Positions 9,610 to 20,020 of a stretch of DNA of 64,000 nucleotides are shown one piece after another. The notes below the pieces were generated by a model, which was not told the DNA's origin, ran no database searches, and saw only the letters and a program-made list of their open reading frames with translations. Every line of letters starts with the position of its first letter. The stretch's first letter is position 1. The stretch spans positions 23,493 through 87,492 of the forward strand of contig CACZFO010000002.1 of NCBI GenBank assembly GCA_902780455.1. The letters are read 5' to 3'. Source of the stretch: an uncultured Bacteroidia bacterium. Lineage in GTDB: Bacteria; Bacteroidota; Bacteroidia; Bacteroidales; UBA932. A program made the translations under genes and the position numbers.

Positions 9610-11052
9610 TCAGAAAGAAACTGTCTGGTAGTCTATCATCCGCGATATTGCTCTCTGGCATACCGGGCAGAAGAGAGGATATGTGTTGTCTCTCATCCTG
9701 CAGGTCGGGAACGGCCTGTAAATGCCTTCAGAAAGATAGCCGCCTCCTTCATAAATACCTACCTTATAGTCTGATTCAACGAGCGTTGAAAACGCCGGAA
9801 GTTGCTGGTCCGGCTTTGTAACCACCTCGAATCCATTGAAACTTCCGGTTCCAAGATGAACGGTTTTCTTCCTGGATTTCTTTGCTTCTGTCCGGGATTT
9901 TCCGGTCTTCGGTTCTGCTTCTCCCGGGCATAAGAACGCATCGTCAATCAAGTCTTTCCACTTGGTGTCAAAATCCACGAGGGTGGTGATGTTGGGTTCC
10001 CACGGTTCTGTATGAAAGTCATACTGGTCTGTGCCGTCATCGTAGAAGTACTCGTCCGCCAATCCGGCAAAGCTGTGGCCGAACTCGTGCACAACCACCG
10101 GCATGGCCCAGCGGTTGTGGGCTGCTGTCAGGACGTATGAATTCAGGATTCCGCCACCGCCGTAACTATCTGTGTTGGCAAGGATTATGATATGCTCGTA
10201 AGGAACGCTGGCAAGAGCGTCGTGAAGATCGAAAAGATGCAGTGTTGTAAGATAGCGGTCAGAATAGAACGTTGAAAAACTTGAAGAGAAAGCCGTCTGC
10301 TTCCACTCACCTTTCAGCGGAATGCTCACGCCGCTTTCCTTGCTCTCAACAGGCACGGCTATGAAATTCAGTCTGTCCGCCCTGCCCTTAAAAGGTTCAT
10401 AACTGAGAATCTGGTCTGCAGTTTCCTTTGCATCGCGATAGAAAACTTCCATCTCCTCAGCTGTATAACCTTCTCCAACTATTGCTATGTCAATTGCGCG
10501 GTGGCTGTCTCCGCCTTTGTGCACATAGCGGCATCTGTCCGGAGTATAGGGAGAAACTACCGGACGTATCAGAATGTCAGACGGATCCACAAGATGGGTC
10601 ATGGAAGCCGTTACGCTGTCTCTCTTGTCCAGTATTTCGATTGTCACAAACGCCGGGGCCTCCGGCATTGGAACAAGGAACACGTTCTCAAAAGCCTTGC
10701 GGGTATGCAGGGCCTCCGGAGTGCACTGCCACTCGGAGAAAAGAGTGGAGAACGAATTGCAGTAAAGGACCTTCCTGGTGGCGGAATCCCTGACTGTTAT
10801 CTGACCGTTGCCCCTCAGCAGAAGGCGGTCCATGTTGACGGTCCTTCCCCACCAGCCTTCCAGCCTTCCCATCTTGGCAAGAGAAATTTCGGTATGGGTT
10901 GCATCACCTGAGAATATGTAGTCGAGCCTCAGAGTATAACCGGAATCTGCAGGGCCTGCAGCCATGCGGGAAGCCGCATGGACCATTGAGCCGGAAAATG
11001 AAACAAGCACCGCCAGAAGAAGGATGGCGGCTTTCCTACTGTATGTAACCAA
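9610..11052 (-). CDS. Secreted M64 (IgA-peptidase-like) zinc metallopeptidase
   Basis: 480 aa with a signal peptide and the HEFGHSFAGLADEY zinc motif that I recognise from peptidase family M64. Its 5' end overlaps the era stop by 17 nt. Confidence 0.75.
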   Translation of the reverse strand: MVTYSRKAAILLLAVLVSFSGSMVHAASRMAAGPADSGYTLRLDYIFSGDATHTEISLAKMGRLEGWWGRTVNMDRLLLRGNGQITVRDSATRKVLYCNSFSTLFSEWQCTPEALHTRKAFENVFLVPMPEAPAFVTIEILDKRDSVTASMTHLVDPSDILIRPVVSPYTPDRCRYVHKGGDSHRAIDIAIVGEGYTAEEMEVFYRDAKETADQILSYEPFKGRADRLNFIAVPVESKESGVSIPLKGEWKQTAFSSSFSTFYSDRYLTTLHLFDLHDALASVPYEHIIILANTDSYGGGGILNSYVLTAAHNRWAMPVVVHEFGHSFAGLADEYFYDDGTDQYDFHTEPWEPNITTLVDFDTKWKDLIDDAFLCPGEAEPKTGKSRTEAKKSRKKTVHLGTGSFNGFEVVTKPDQQLPAFSTLVESDYKVGIYEGGGYLSEGIYRPFPTCRMRDNTYPLFCPVCQRAISRMIDYQTVSF

Positions 11053-12028
11053 AACGCTTAAGCTCCTTTTTGTTTTCCCTCCATGAAGGGTCTACTTTTA
11101 CGAAAATCTTGAGGAAGACTTTCTTCTCAAAGAACTTTTCCATGTCCTTGCGGGCCTGGGTGCCCACTCTCTTGAGTGCCGCTCCTCTTTTTCCTATGAT
11201 GATGCCCTTCTGCGATTCACGCACAACGTTTATCACAGCCTCTATGGAATACATTTCTTCTTCCTCGATGAACTGCTCTATCACAACCTCGGCGCAGTAA
11301 GGAATCTCCTTGCTGTAATTCTCAAGGATTTTCTCGCGCAGGATTTCGGATGCAAAGAAGCGCAGGTTCTTGTCTGTAAGCACGTCGCGGTCGTACCAGG
11401 CGTGCTGCTGAGGAAGAAGTGAAACTATCTTTTTAAGAAGAATGTCCGTGTTGATCTTGTTAAGTGCGCTCATAGGCAGGATCTCCGCCTTTGGAACAAG
11501 GCCGTGCCATTTTTCAACCAGGTCCTCTACGGTATGCTCCTCATGCTTGTTCCTGCTTGCGGCATCGGCCCCCTCAGCCTTCTTGCCGGAACCGGCTTGA
11601 GCGGCATCGCCGAGCAGCTTGTCTATCTTGTTGACTACCACGATTACAGGACATGAAAGGAGGTTGAGCTTGTCCACATACTCCTTGTTCTTCTCGGAAG
11701 ACTCGTAGACATCGGTGACATAGATGATTATGTCGGCATCGCCGATGGCTGTGTCAACAAAATTCATCATGGCCTCCTGAAGTTCGTAGGAAGGCTTGAG
11801 GATTCCGGGAGTATCTGAGAACACGATCTGGTAATCGTCTCCGTTGACTATTCCCATGATCCTGTGGCGCGTGGTCTGGGCCTTGGCGGTTACGATAGAC
11901 AGTTTCTCCCCCACCAGGGCGTTCATCAGAGTGGATTTGCCCACGTTAGGGTTGCCTATGATGTTTACGAAACCAGAGCGGTTTATCTTGTCCTCCTTGA
12001 CGTCAATGCCGTTCCTATTGTCTTCCAT
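11036..12028 (-). CDS. era: GTPase Era
   Basis: 330 aa with G1 GNPNVGKST, G3 DTPG, G4 NKID and a C-terminal KH domain. About 25-30 extra residues (GDAAQAGSGKKAEGADAASRNKHEEH) follow G4. Confidence 0.9.
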   Translation of the reverse strand: MEDNRNGIDVKEDKINRSGFVNIIGNPNVGKSTLMNALVGEKLSIVTAKAQTTRHRIMGIVNGDDYQIVFSDTPGILKPSYELQEAMMNFVDTAIGDADIIIYVTDVYESSEKNKEYVDKLNLLSCPVIVVVNKIDKLLGDAAQAGSGKKAEGADAASRNKHEEHTVEDLVEKWHGLVPKAEILPMSALNKINTDILLKKIVSLLPQQHAWYDRDVLTDKNLRFFASEILREKILENYSKEIPYCAEVVIEQFIEEEEMYSIEAVINVVRESQKGIIIGKRGAALKRVGTQARKDMEKFFEKKVFLKIFVKVDPSWRENKKELKRFGYIQ

Positions 12029-12071
12029 GAGCTTGATTACTTAGAACTTATGAAGTTAATGCACTGCTTTG

Positions 12072-13415
12072 CTACTCGTAGGAGCCCATTTTAAGTATGC
12101 CGATCTCCTTCTCGGTAAGGAAACGCCACTGGCCCCTCCTGAGATTCTTCTTTGTAAGACCTGCAAAATAGACCCTGTCCAACTTGACAACCTTGTAGCC
12201 GAGGCTCTCAAAGATCCTCCTGACAATACGGTTCCTGCCGCTGTGGATCTCTATTCCAACCTGGCTCTGGTCTCCGTCTATGTAGGAAAGAGCATCTGCG
12301 CTGATCATTCCGTCATCCAGGCGTATTCCCTTGAGGATCTTGTCAAAATCACCCTGGGAGAGGTTTGAATCCAGGAAGACGTGATAGATTTTCTTCTTGT
12401 TGAAAGAAGGATGTGTCAGTTTTTCGGTAAGCTCGCCGTCGTTGGTAAGAAGAAGAACTCCGGTAGTATCCCTGTCAAGACGGCCAACCGGATAAACTCT
12501 CTGAGGACACTTTCCGGCAACCAGGTCAAGGACTGTCTTGCGGTCGAGCTCGTCGTCTGTTGTAGTTACGCAGTTCTTAGGCTTGTTCATCAGTATGTAA
12601 ACCTTCTCCTCACCCTGCAGGAGCTGGCCGTCCATCCTCACCTGATCTGTACGGAACACCTTTGTACCCAGTTCGGTAACAACCTGACCGTTGACCGTAA
12701 TGATTCCCTGGACTATGTACTCGTCGGCTTCCCTGCGTGAGCAGACGCCGGAATTTGCAATGAAGCGGTTGAGGCGGATTCCTTCTTCATCTTTAGCCTT
12801 TGGCTTCCGCGGTTTTGGGGTATAGGCCTCAGCGCGTGGCTTTCTCGCTCCTGCTATCGTTTCTCTTCCTTCCAGCTGGCTTCTTACATTTTCAAAGTCT
12901 GACCGGGTACGCTTGACTCTTGTGCTTTTTACCGGAGCCTCTGAATCTGAACGTCTTGAGTAGGTTCTCTTTGGAGCTTCTGAATCTGACCTTCTGGTGT
13001 AGGTTCTCTTTGGAGCTTCTGAATCTGACCTTCTGGTGTAGGTTCTCCTTGGAGCTTCTGAATCTGAGCGTCTGGTGTAAGTTCTCTTTGGAGCCTCTGA
13101 ATCCGAACGTCTGGTGTAAGTTCTCTTTGGAGCCTCTGAGTCCGAACGTCTTGAGTAGGTTCTCTTTGGAGCCTCTGAATCAGAACGTCTTGAATAGCTT
13201 TTTTTTGGTGCCTCTGAGTCTGAACGTCTTGAATAGCTTCTTTTTGGTGCCTCTGAGTCTGAACGTCTTGAATAGCTTCTCTTTGGTGCGTCTGAATCTG
13301 ACCTTCTTGGAGCAGATGTTCCTCTGCTCTGAGCCCTTGATGAAGGCCTTCTTGCGGATGCTGCCTTTGGTGAAGGCTTCCTGCCTGTCTTCTTAGTATT
13401 TGTGCTGCGTATCAT
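12072..13415 (-). CDS. rluB: RluB/RsuA-family 23S rRNA pseudouridine synthase with a long Arg/Ser-rich repetitive N-terminal extension
   Basis: An S4 domain (IRLNRFIANSGVCSRREADEYI) and catalytic motif GRLDRDTTGVLL are present. The ORF is open to 13457, but MIRSTNTKK at 13415 is the more plausible start because it leaves room for the divergent promoter. Confidence 0.85.
   Translation of the reverse strand: MIRSTNTKKTGRKPSPKAASARRPSSRAQSRGTSAPRRSDSDAPKRSYSRRSDSEAPKRSYSRRSDSEAPKKSYSRRSDSEAPKRTYSRRSDSEAPKRTYTRRSDSEAPKRTYTRRSDSEAPRRTYTRRSDSEAPKRTYTRRSDSEAPKRTYSRRSDSEAPVKSTRVKRTRSDFENVRSQLEGRETIAGARKPRAEAYTPKPRKPKAKDEEGIRLNRFIANSGVCSRREADEYIVQGIITVNGQVVTELGTKVFRTDQVRMDGQLLQGEEKVYILMNKPKNCVTTTDDELDRKTVLDLVAGKCPQRVYPVGRLDRDTTGVLLLTNDGELTEKLTHPSFNKKKIYHVFLDSNLSQGDFDKILKGIRLDDGMISADALSYIDGDQSQVGIEIHSGRNRIVRRIFESLGYKVVKLDRVYFAGLTKKNLRRGQWRFLTEKEIGILKMGSYE
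12938..13312. repeat. Coding tandem repeat, 10 x 39 nt, encoding RRSDSEAPKR(S/T)Y(S/T)
   Basis: Ten consecutive 13-aa units are readable in the translation. The nucleotide copies differ at scattered positions. Confidence 0.95.
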
Positions 13416-13492
13416 AATCTGTTTCGTTTCAAACACAAATGTAGACCATTTGAACAATTTTTCCTACTTTTACCCGTCTAAAATGTTATGGG

Positions 13493-14752
13493 ATGGACAG
13501 AAAGAGAACATTGAGGTGGTCTCCGGTAGTCAGGGAGAATGTGAAGGTTGCCTTAAAATCTATCAGGAGCAACAAGCTCAGGAGCGTCCTCACCATACTC
13601 ATGGTTGCAGTGGGCATAACCTCCCTGCTGGGAATTCTGACTGCTACCGAAGCCCTGAAACACCAGGTAAACGAGAGTTTTGCCTCGATAGGAAGCCAGT
13701 CATTCTACATAATGCCGGAATTCCGGTCTACGGGAGAAAGGTCCGGGAGAATCCGCAACAATCAGAGCATCAGTTATTTTCAGGCCACTTCCTTCAAGGA
13801 TATGTTCAAGCCGGATATTCCATGCGTGGTAACCGTGTTTTCCAGAAGCGGCGGAGCCATAAAAAGAGGCGAAAGGACTACAAACCCTAATTCCACCTTC
13901 TTCATGGCAGACCAGGACTACACCCTTTTCAACAACTACTCAATTGCCAAAGGAAGGGACATAAGCCCAAAGGACATCAACGAAGCGTCTTTCGTATGCA
14001 TCCTTGGAAGCGGAGTTGCTTCCACCCTGTTTGATCCCAAGGAGAACCCTGTCGGGAATACGGTAAGTGTAAACGGGGCTTCCTACAGGGTGATAGGAGT
14101 GCTGGAGAAAACCTCCACCGGCGGAATGTTCCAGAGCGTGGACCAGGGTATCATAATTCCCATAACAAACGGAAGGACAAGATTCTCTGCCAACTCCTTC
14201 TCCATAGGCATCAGGCCGCGTTCTGCCCAGTCAAATACTGAAGACCTCTACGCCCAGGCAGAAAATGTCTTCCGTTCTATCAGGAGGCTGGCACCTGAAG
14301 ACAGTTCAGACTTCTATATCAGCTTCAACGAAACAATGGCAAAGGAGGCTGACAAAACCCTCGGAACAATAACCCTGATAGCAGGAATCATCGGACTGAT
14401 AACCCTCCTCGGTGCCGCCGTGGGGCTGATGAACATAATGCTCGTGAGCGTAAAGGAGAGAACTGCTGAAATAGGCATCAGGAAGGCTATCGGAGCATCT
14501 TCCAGAATCATCCGCCAGCAGTTCCTGGTAGAGTCGGTTTCCATAGCCCAGATCGGGTGCATCCTGGGAATCGTGCTGGGAATCCTGGCCGGAAACCTGG
14601 TTGCCATGCTCATGAAGGCTCCTCTGTTCATACCTTGGATGTGGATGGTTGTTGCAGTAATAACCTGCCTGATAGTTGGAGTTGCAAGCGGTTATCTTCC
14701 GGCAAAAAAGGCGGCAGCCCTGGACCCTATCGAGGCTCTGCGATACGAATAA
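13493..14752 (+). CDS. ABC transporter permease, MacB/FtsX type
   Basis: 419 aa with an N-terminal TM segment, a large periplasmic domain and a C-terminal FtsX-like 3-TM bundle. No ATPase gene is adjacent. Confidence 0.75.
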   Translation: MDRKRTLRWSPVVRENVKVALKSIRSNKLRSVLTILMVAVGITSLLGILTATEALKHQVNESFASIGSQSFYIMPEFRSTGERSGRIRNNQSISYFQATSFKDMFKPDIPCVVTVFSRSGGAIKRGERTTNPNSTFFMADQDYTLFNNYSIAKGRDISPKDINEASFVCILGSGVASTLFDPKENPVGNTVSVNGASYRVIGVLEKTSTGGMFQSVDQGIIIPITNGRTRFSANSFSIGIRPRSAQSNTEDLYAQAENVFRSIRRLAPEDSSDFYISFNETMAKEADKTLGTITLIAGIIGLITLLGAAVGLMNIMLVSVKERTAEIGIRKAIGASSRIIRQQFLVESVSIAQIGCILGIVLGILAGNLVAMLMKAPLFIPWMWMVVAVITCLIVGVASGYLPAKKAAALDPIEALRYE

Positions 14753-14767
14753 GACAGATATTTTCAT

Positions 14768-14775
14768 TATCTTTG
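14768..14775 (+). promoter_or_regulatory. Candidate Bacteroides -7 box (TATCTTTG) upstream of parC
   Basis: It matches TAnnTTTG 25 nt upstream of the ATG. No clear -33 TTTG is present. Confidence 0.35.
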
Positions 14776-14799
14776 CCCGGATAGTAAAAAACAAGGATA

Positions 14800-17568
14800 A
14801 TGTCAGATTTTGATAGGGAAGACAACTTTGAAGATCCGCAGGAGGAGATGACTGAAGGGGCTGGGCAGCAGGGCGCATCTACCGCTCCTGAAGGCAAATT
14901 CACAAGGCTCATAAAAGAAGGAGACAACAAATACAGGCTCCCGGGAATGTACAAGAACTGGTTCCTGGACTATGCCTCCTACGTTATACTGGACCGTGCC
15001 GTTCCGCACATAGAAGACGGTCTGAAACCGGTCCAGAGAAGGATTCTGCATGCAATGCGCACCATCCACGACGGTTCCCTGATAAAGGTGGCGACCATCG
15101 TGGGAGAGGCCATGAAATACCATCCGCACAGCGATGCCTCAATCAAGGATGCCCTGGTCCAGATGGGTCAGAAGAACCTCCTGATAGACTGTCAGGGAAA
15201 CTGGGGCAACACCATAACCGGAGACGAGGCTGCAGCAGCCAGGTACATAGAAGGAAGGCTTTCCAACTTTGCCCTGGAAGTCGTATTCAATCCAAAGACC
15301 ACCGAGTGGATGAACTCCTATGACGGCAGGAAGAAGGAACCTGTAACCCTTCCGGTCAAGTTCCCTCTGGTCCTTCACCAGGGTGCGGACGGAATAGCCG
15401 TAGGCCTGAACTGCAAGATCCTGCCTCACAACTTCAACGAACTCATAGATGCCTCAATCGCATTCCTCAGGGGAGAGGAGTACCGTCTTTATCCCGATTT
15501 CCCATCGGGAGGAATAATAGACGTCAGCCGCTATGCAGACGGAAAGAGAGGCGGACAGGTAACCGTAAGGGCAAGGATAGTCAAGACCGACAAGAAGACG
15601 GTCAAGATTACCGAACTCCCGTTCGGCAAGACCTCTGAAGACATCCGCAAGAGCATCATAGCCGCTAATGACAAGGGCAAGATAAAGGTCAGGAAGGTGG
15701 AGGAACTCTCTACCAAGAAGGTGGAGATCGTAGTCACCCTGGCGGCTGGAGAATCTCCTGACAAGACCATAGACGCTCTCTACGCCTTTACAGACTGCCA
15801 GGTTTCCATCAATCCGAACACCTGCGTCATAAAGGATAACAAGCCGCATTTCCTTACAGTTTCTGAAGTGCTGGAATTCAGCACCCTGCGCACCAAGGAC
15901 CTCATCCGCCGGGAACTCGAGATCAAGCTCGGAGAACTGGAGGGTACATGGCATTCACTCTCCCTTGAAAAGATCTTCTTTGAAGAAGGCAAGTACAAGC
16001 TCCTGGAAGACAAGAAGACCCGCAGCTGGGACAGCCAGGTCAGCGAAATCCACAAGGCCTTGAAGGCTTACGAGCCTCTGCTGCACCAGAAGGTTACCAG
16101 GGAAGATGTGCTCAAACTGGTAGAAAAACCGGTAAGGAAGATCTCCAGGTTTGACATCAAGGAGTGCAATGCCAGGATAGACAATGTTGAGAAGGAGATT
16201 GCCAAGGTCCACAGAGACCTTGAAAACCTGACGGAGGTTACAATCGAGTACTTCCAGAGCCTGAAGGAAAAATACGGTGAGGCCTTCCCTCGCTGCACCG
16301 AAATCTCCAACCTCGAAACCATACAGGTATCAAGGGTTGCAGTTGCCAATGCCAAGCTCTATGCAAACTTTGAAGAGGGCTTCATAGGCATGGACCTCAA
16401 GAAAGACGACAATGCCCAGTTCATCTGCAACTGTTCGGATATCGATGATATAATAGTCTTCCTGCAGAATGGAAAATACCTTGTCACCAAGATATCCGAC
16501 AAGGCCTTCGTAGGCAAGGGAATCATATATGCAGGAGTATTCATAAAGAACAATCTCAGAACCGTTTACAACGTAATATACAGAGACGGCAAGGGCGGCA
16601 ACAACTATGTCAAGAGGTTTGCCGTAACCTCCGTTACCCGAGACAAGGAATACGATGTAACCACCGGAACACCTGACAGCAAGGTACTGTGGTTCACTGC
16701 CAATCCGAACGGAGAGGCTGAAACCGTGAGGGTACAGCTCCGCCCTAGGCTCAAGCTCAAGAAACTGATGTTCGACTACGACTTTGCAACCCTTGCAATC
16801 AAGGGCAGGACATCAAGGGGCAACCTTCTGAGCAAGAACCCTATAAGCAAGATTACCCTCAAGGCAAAGGGTGGCAGCACCATCGGAGACAAGCCACTGT
16901 GGTTTGACAATGATGTAAACCGCCTCAACGAAGACAAGAGAGGAACCTATCTCGGAAAATTCAAGGACGAGGACAGGATCCTTGCAGTCTACAAGAACGG
17001 AACCTATGCCACCACTACCCAGGACCTGAACAACCACTACGAAGGAGAACTCCTGAAGATAGAGAAGTTTGACCCTGCAAAAATCTTTGCCGCCGTATAC
17101 TACGATGCCGAATCCCAGAAATACTACCTCAAGAGATTCAAGTTTGAGGCTAATAACAATCCGGCAAACATCTTCATCAGCGAAGCACCGGGCTCATACC
17201 TTGTAGCCATCACCGGAGCTAGCCAGAGCCAGGTTGTGATACAGTTCGGAGGCAAGCACGAGGGCCGTCAGAACGAGGCTGTCAGCGTAGATTCCTTCAT
17301 CGCTGAGAAAGGCTGGAAGGCAAAGGGAAAGAGACTTACCCAGTTTGAGGTAGAAAAAGTGGTCTTGATAGAACCTCCGGCACTGGAAGAAGACGAGGAC
17401 TTTGAAGAACCTGTCGCAGACAGTGAGCCATCTGAAGAAAGCCAGAATCCTAAGAATGCAGATACTGGCAACACGTTCTCCAATGATGACACTGACATGC
17501 CGGATGACTCAGATTTTCCTGACGGAGGAGGATTCCCGGACGGTGACGACGAGCCTACACTCTTCTGA
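14800..17568 (+). CDS. parC: DNA topoisomerase IV subunit A (GyrA/ParC family)
   Basis: 922 aa with LKPVQRRILHAM and the active-site region AAARYIEGRL. It has the Bacteroidetes-type long N-terminus and an acidic C-terminal tail. Confidence 0.85.
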   Translation: MSDFDREDNFEDPQEEMTEGAGQQGASTAPEGKFTRLIKEGDNKYRLPGMYKNWFLDYASYVILDRAVPHIEDGLKPVQRRILHAMRTIHDGSLIKVATIVGEAMKYHPHSDASIKDALVQMGQKNLLIDCQGNWGNTITGDEAAAARYIEGRLSNFALEVVFNPKTTEWMNSYDGRKKEPVTLPVKFPLVLHQGADGIAVGLNCKILPHNFNELIDASIAFLRGEEYRLYPDFPSGGIIDVSRYADGKRGGQVTVRARIVKTDKKTVKITELPFGKTSEDIRKSIIAANDKGKIKVRKVEELSTKKVEIVVTLAAGESPDKTIDALYAFTDCQVSINPNTCVIKDNKPHFLTVSEVLEFSTLRTKDLIRRELEIKLGELEGTWHSLSLEKIFFEEGKYKLLEDKKTRSWDSQVSEIHKALKAYEPLLHQKVTREDVLKLVEKPVRKISRFDIKECNARIDNVEKEIAKVHRDLENLTEVTIEYFQSLKEKYGEAFPRCTEISNLETIQVSRVAVANAKLYANFEEGFIGMDLKKDDNAQFICNCSDIDDIIVFLQNGKYLVTKISDKAFVGKGIIYAGVFIKNNLRTVYNVIYRDGKGGNNYVKRFAVTSVTRDKEYDVTTGTPDSKVLWFTANPNGEAETVRVQLRPRLKLKKLMFDYDFATLAIKGRTSRGNLLSKNPISKITLKAKGGSTIGDKPLWFDNDVNRLNEDKRGTYLGKFKDEDRILAVYKNGTYATTTQDLNNHYEGELLKIEKFDPAKIFAAVYYDAESQKYYLKRFKFEANNNPANIFISEAPGSYLVAITGASQSQVVIQFGGKHEGRQNEAVSVDSFIAEKGWKAKGKRLTQFEVEKVVLIEPPALEEDEDFEEPVADSEPSEESQNPKNADTGNTFSNDDTDMPDDSDFPDGGGFPDGDDEPTLF

Positions 17569-17589
17569 CACTAACTGATACTCAGCCGA

Positions 17590-18165
17590 ATGATAATTGC
17601 TCTGTGCGGTTTCATGACAGCCGGCAAGACTCTGGCCGGAGAAGCCCTTTCTGAAAAGACGGGCAAGAAGGTCATTGACCTGGACCGTTACATCGAAGAA
17701 AAGGAAGGAATGAAGATGGAGGACATCTTCAGCATAAAAGGCGAACAGTACTTCAGGAAAAAGGAAGAGGAGTGCCTTGGGCAAATCGTTGAAACAATGG
17801 ATGACATCATCCTCTCCCTTGGAGGCGGAACTCCCATGAACCCCGCCTGTTCAGAAATACTGCGCCAAAAGACCAGGTGTGTTTTTCTTACATGTTCTCC
17901 CAAAGTCTTGGCTGCCAGGATGCTCCTGCTTCAGGACGGCAGGCCTTTGGTAAAGGACCTGCTGAAGGGAAGCACAGCTTCCACTCCGGAAGAAAAACTA
18001 AATCTGCTTGAAGAATGGGCGGTTAAAAAGCTCAAAGAAAGGGAGCCTGTCTACAAAGCCTGCTCGGCAAAAACCGTGGACACCTCTGAATGGGACATAG
18101 AAAGAATCGTAGGCCTGATACTTGGTAACGGTCAGGATCATCAAAGCATCAAAGACGATGCATAA
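17590..18165 (+). CDS. aroK: Shikimate kinase
   Basis: 191 aa with P-loop GFMTAGKT and DLDRYIEEKEGMKMEDIF. Confidence 0.8.
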   Translation: MIIALCGFMTAGKTLAGEALSEKTGKKVIDLDRYIEEKEGMKMEDIFSIKGEQYFRKKEEECLGQIVETMDDIILSLGGGTPMNPACSEILRQKTRCVFLTCSPKVLAARMLLLQDGRPLVKDLLKGSTASTPEEKLNLLEEWAVKKLKEREPVYKACSAKTVDTSEWDIERIVGLILGNGQDHQSIKDDA

Positions 18166-18168
18166 GAA

Positions 18169-19932
18169 CTAAATGGTGGTATCTTTACCCTCTCGTATAT
18201 CCTTGATCCTGAGCTGGATATTTGCAATACTTGACCTATAGAAATTCTCGGCGATACTGTAGCATATATCTACCGGTTCGCCTGCTGCAAGATGGTCGAA
18301 GTACTCGCTCATGTTGAACGCTATCGCACTCAGCGGACGAAACGAATCGGCCTCCTGGATGAGTTCCAGTTTGAGATGGCCTCCCCTTCCTCCGACCGGA
18401 TTCCCCACTATCCTTCCGTTGCCGTTGTCGTAGACGCTGGTTGTCATGAAAACCGGAGACTGGTTGCCCGGCCCGAAAGGCTGGAACATGTTCAGCAGAC
18501 GGAAGAACCTTGGAGTTATCTGACGGAATTCAAGGAAGGCGTCTATATTTATGATAGGAGTGAGGATCTCCTTTGTAATATTCTTGGTAACAATCTCCTC
18601 AAACCTCTTGCGGAATGCTTCCAGGTTTTCCTCCTTGAGTGTCAGACCGGCCGCATACGTGTGCCCTCCGAAGTTTTCAAGGAGGTCTGCACAGCCTTCG
18701 ATTGCATCGTAGAGGTCAAAACCGGCTATGCTTCTTGCGGAACCGGAAATGAAGCCGTTGGAAGACTTTGTAAGAACTATCGTTGGCCTGTAAAAAGCCT
18801 CCACAAGACGGCTGGCAACTATTCCCACAACACCCTTGTGCCATTCTGGATTGTATACGACCGTGGAGTTCAGCGAATTGAACTGAGGATGGTTGCGCAC
18901 TATCTCAATGGCCTGCTGGGTAATGGCCCTGTCTATGCTCTTTCGCTCGTTGTTATGGTCGTTGATCTGCTTGGCTATGTGGTTGGCCTGGTTTATGTCT
19001 TCTGAAGTGAGAAGGTCCACCGCCATGCGTCCGCTCTCCATCCTGCCGGCGGCATTGATCCTCGGACCTATCTTGAACACCACGTCATCTATGGTAATCT
19101 TGTGCTTTTCCAGACCGGATAGCTTGATCATTGAAAGAAGCCCTTTCCTCGGCGATTCATTCAGCCTCTTAAGGCCGTAGTATGCCAGCACCCTGTTCTC
19201 ACCGGTAACGGAAACAAGGTCTGCTGCAATGCTCACTGCCACGAGGTCCAGCAGGGTCTCTATCTTCTCAAACGGTATCCCGTACTTCTGGGCATAACCC
19301 TGAACCAGCTTGAATCCCACGCCGCATCCGGAAAGGTCGTCATACGGATAATGGCAGTCTTCCCTCTTTGGATCGAGTGTGGCAACTGCTGGCGGAAGTT
19401 CTTCGCCCGGAAGGTGATGGTCGCAGATTATGAAGTCTATGCCCTTGGCCTTGGCATACCTTACAGCCTCAGCTTCCTTGATTCCGCAGTCCAGCGCAAT
19501 AACAAGGGAACAGTTCCGCTGGGCAGCCCAGTCCACGCCGTAGAATGAGATGCCGTAACCTTCATCGTATCTGTCTGGAATGTAATAATCTATGTTTGAA
19601 GTAAGCCTCCTGAGGAACGAAAAGACAAGTGATACTGCGGAGGTACCGTCTACGTCATAGTCTCCGTATACCAGAATCTTCTCCTTGGCCACAACGGCCT
19701 TGTGCACCCTCTCCACGGCAACGTCCATGTCTTTCATCAGGAACGGGTCATGAAGGGCGGAAAGAGAAGGATGGAAGAACTTGCGGACTTCGTCAGAATT
19801 CTTTATACCCCTCTGGACCAACAGATTGGCAAGAACCTCGTCTATTCCGAGGTCCTGAACCAGCTGCCGGGTGTAGATCGGATTGCCCGGCTCCCTGACT
19901 ATCCACTGTTTTTCCTTGCTCTTTACTACCAT
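18169..19932 (-). CDS. recJ: Single-stranded-DNA-specific exonuclease RecJ
   Basis: 587 aa with DHH motifs [11 protein letters not shown] and ICDHHLP, plus a DHHA1 region. Confidence 0.9.
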   Translation of the reverse strand: MVVKSKEKQWIVREPGNPIYTRQLVQDLGIDEVLANLLVQRGIKNSDEVRKFFHPSLSALHDPFLMKDMDVAVERVHKAVVAKEKILVYGDYDVDGTSAVSLVFSFLRRLTSNIDYYIPDRYDEGYGISFYGVDWAAQRNCSLVIALDCGIKEAEAVRYAKAKGIDFIICDHHLPGEELPPAVATLDPKREDCHYPYDDLSGCGVGFKLVQGYAQKYGIPFEKIETLLDLVAVSIAADLVSVTGENRVLAYYGLKRLNESPRKGLLSMIKLSGLEKHKITIDDVVFKIGPRINAAGRMESGRMAVDLLTSEDINQANHIAKQINDHNNERKSIDRAITQQAIEIVRNHPQFNSLNSTVVYNPEWHKGVVGIVASRLVEAFYRPTIVLTKSSNGFISGSARSIAGFDLYDAIEGCADLLENFGGHTYAAGLTLKEENLEAFRKRFEEIVTKNITKEILTPIINIDAFLEFRQITPRFFRLLNMFQPFGPGNQSPVFMTTSVYDNGNGRIVGNPVGGRGGHLKLELIQEADSFRPLSAIAFNMSEYFDHLAAGEPVDICYSIAENFYRSSIANIQLRIKDIREGKDTTI

Positions 19933-19993
19933 AAATCCTCCGCGTTTTCGAGGGCTTGCAAATTTAGTTAATATTTATGTTATAAAAAAATGT

Positions 19994-20001
19994 TACCTTT
20001 G
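19994..20001 (+). promoter_or_regulatory. Candidate -7 box (TACCTTTG) upstream of lysS
   Basis: It matches TAnnTTTG 20 nt upstream of the ATG at 20021. The -33 element is weak (TTTA). Confidence 0.4.
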
Positions 20002-20020
20002 CCCGGAAATAGAAAAACCT

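Noticed and set aside
12920-13396. 158-aa plus-strand ORF (repetitive ...SLELLNLTFWCRF...).
   Set aside because: It is an antisense reading of the 39-nt repeat in the rluB N-terminal extension.
19883-20020. 46-codon N-terminal extension of lysS in the ORF track.
   Set aside because: It overlaps the recJ 5' end on the opposite strand, has no LysS-like sequence, and contains the candidate -7 box. The ATG at 20021 gives a canonical LysS N-terminus.
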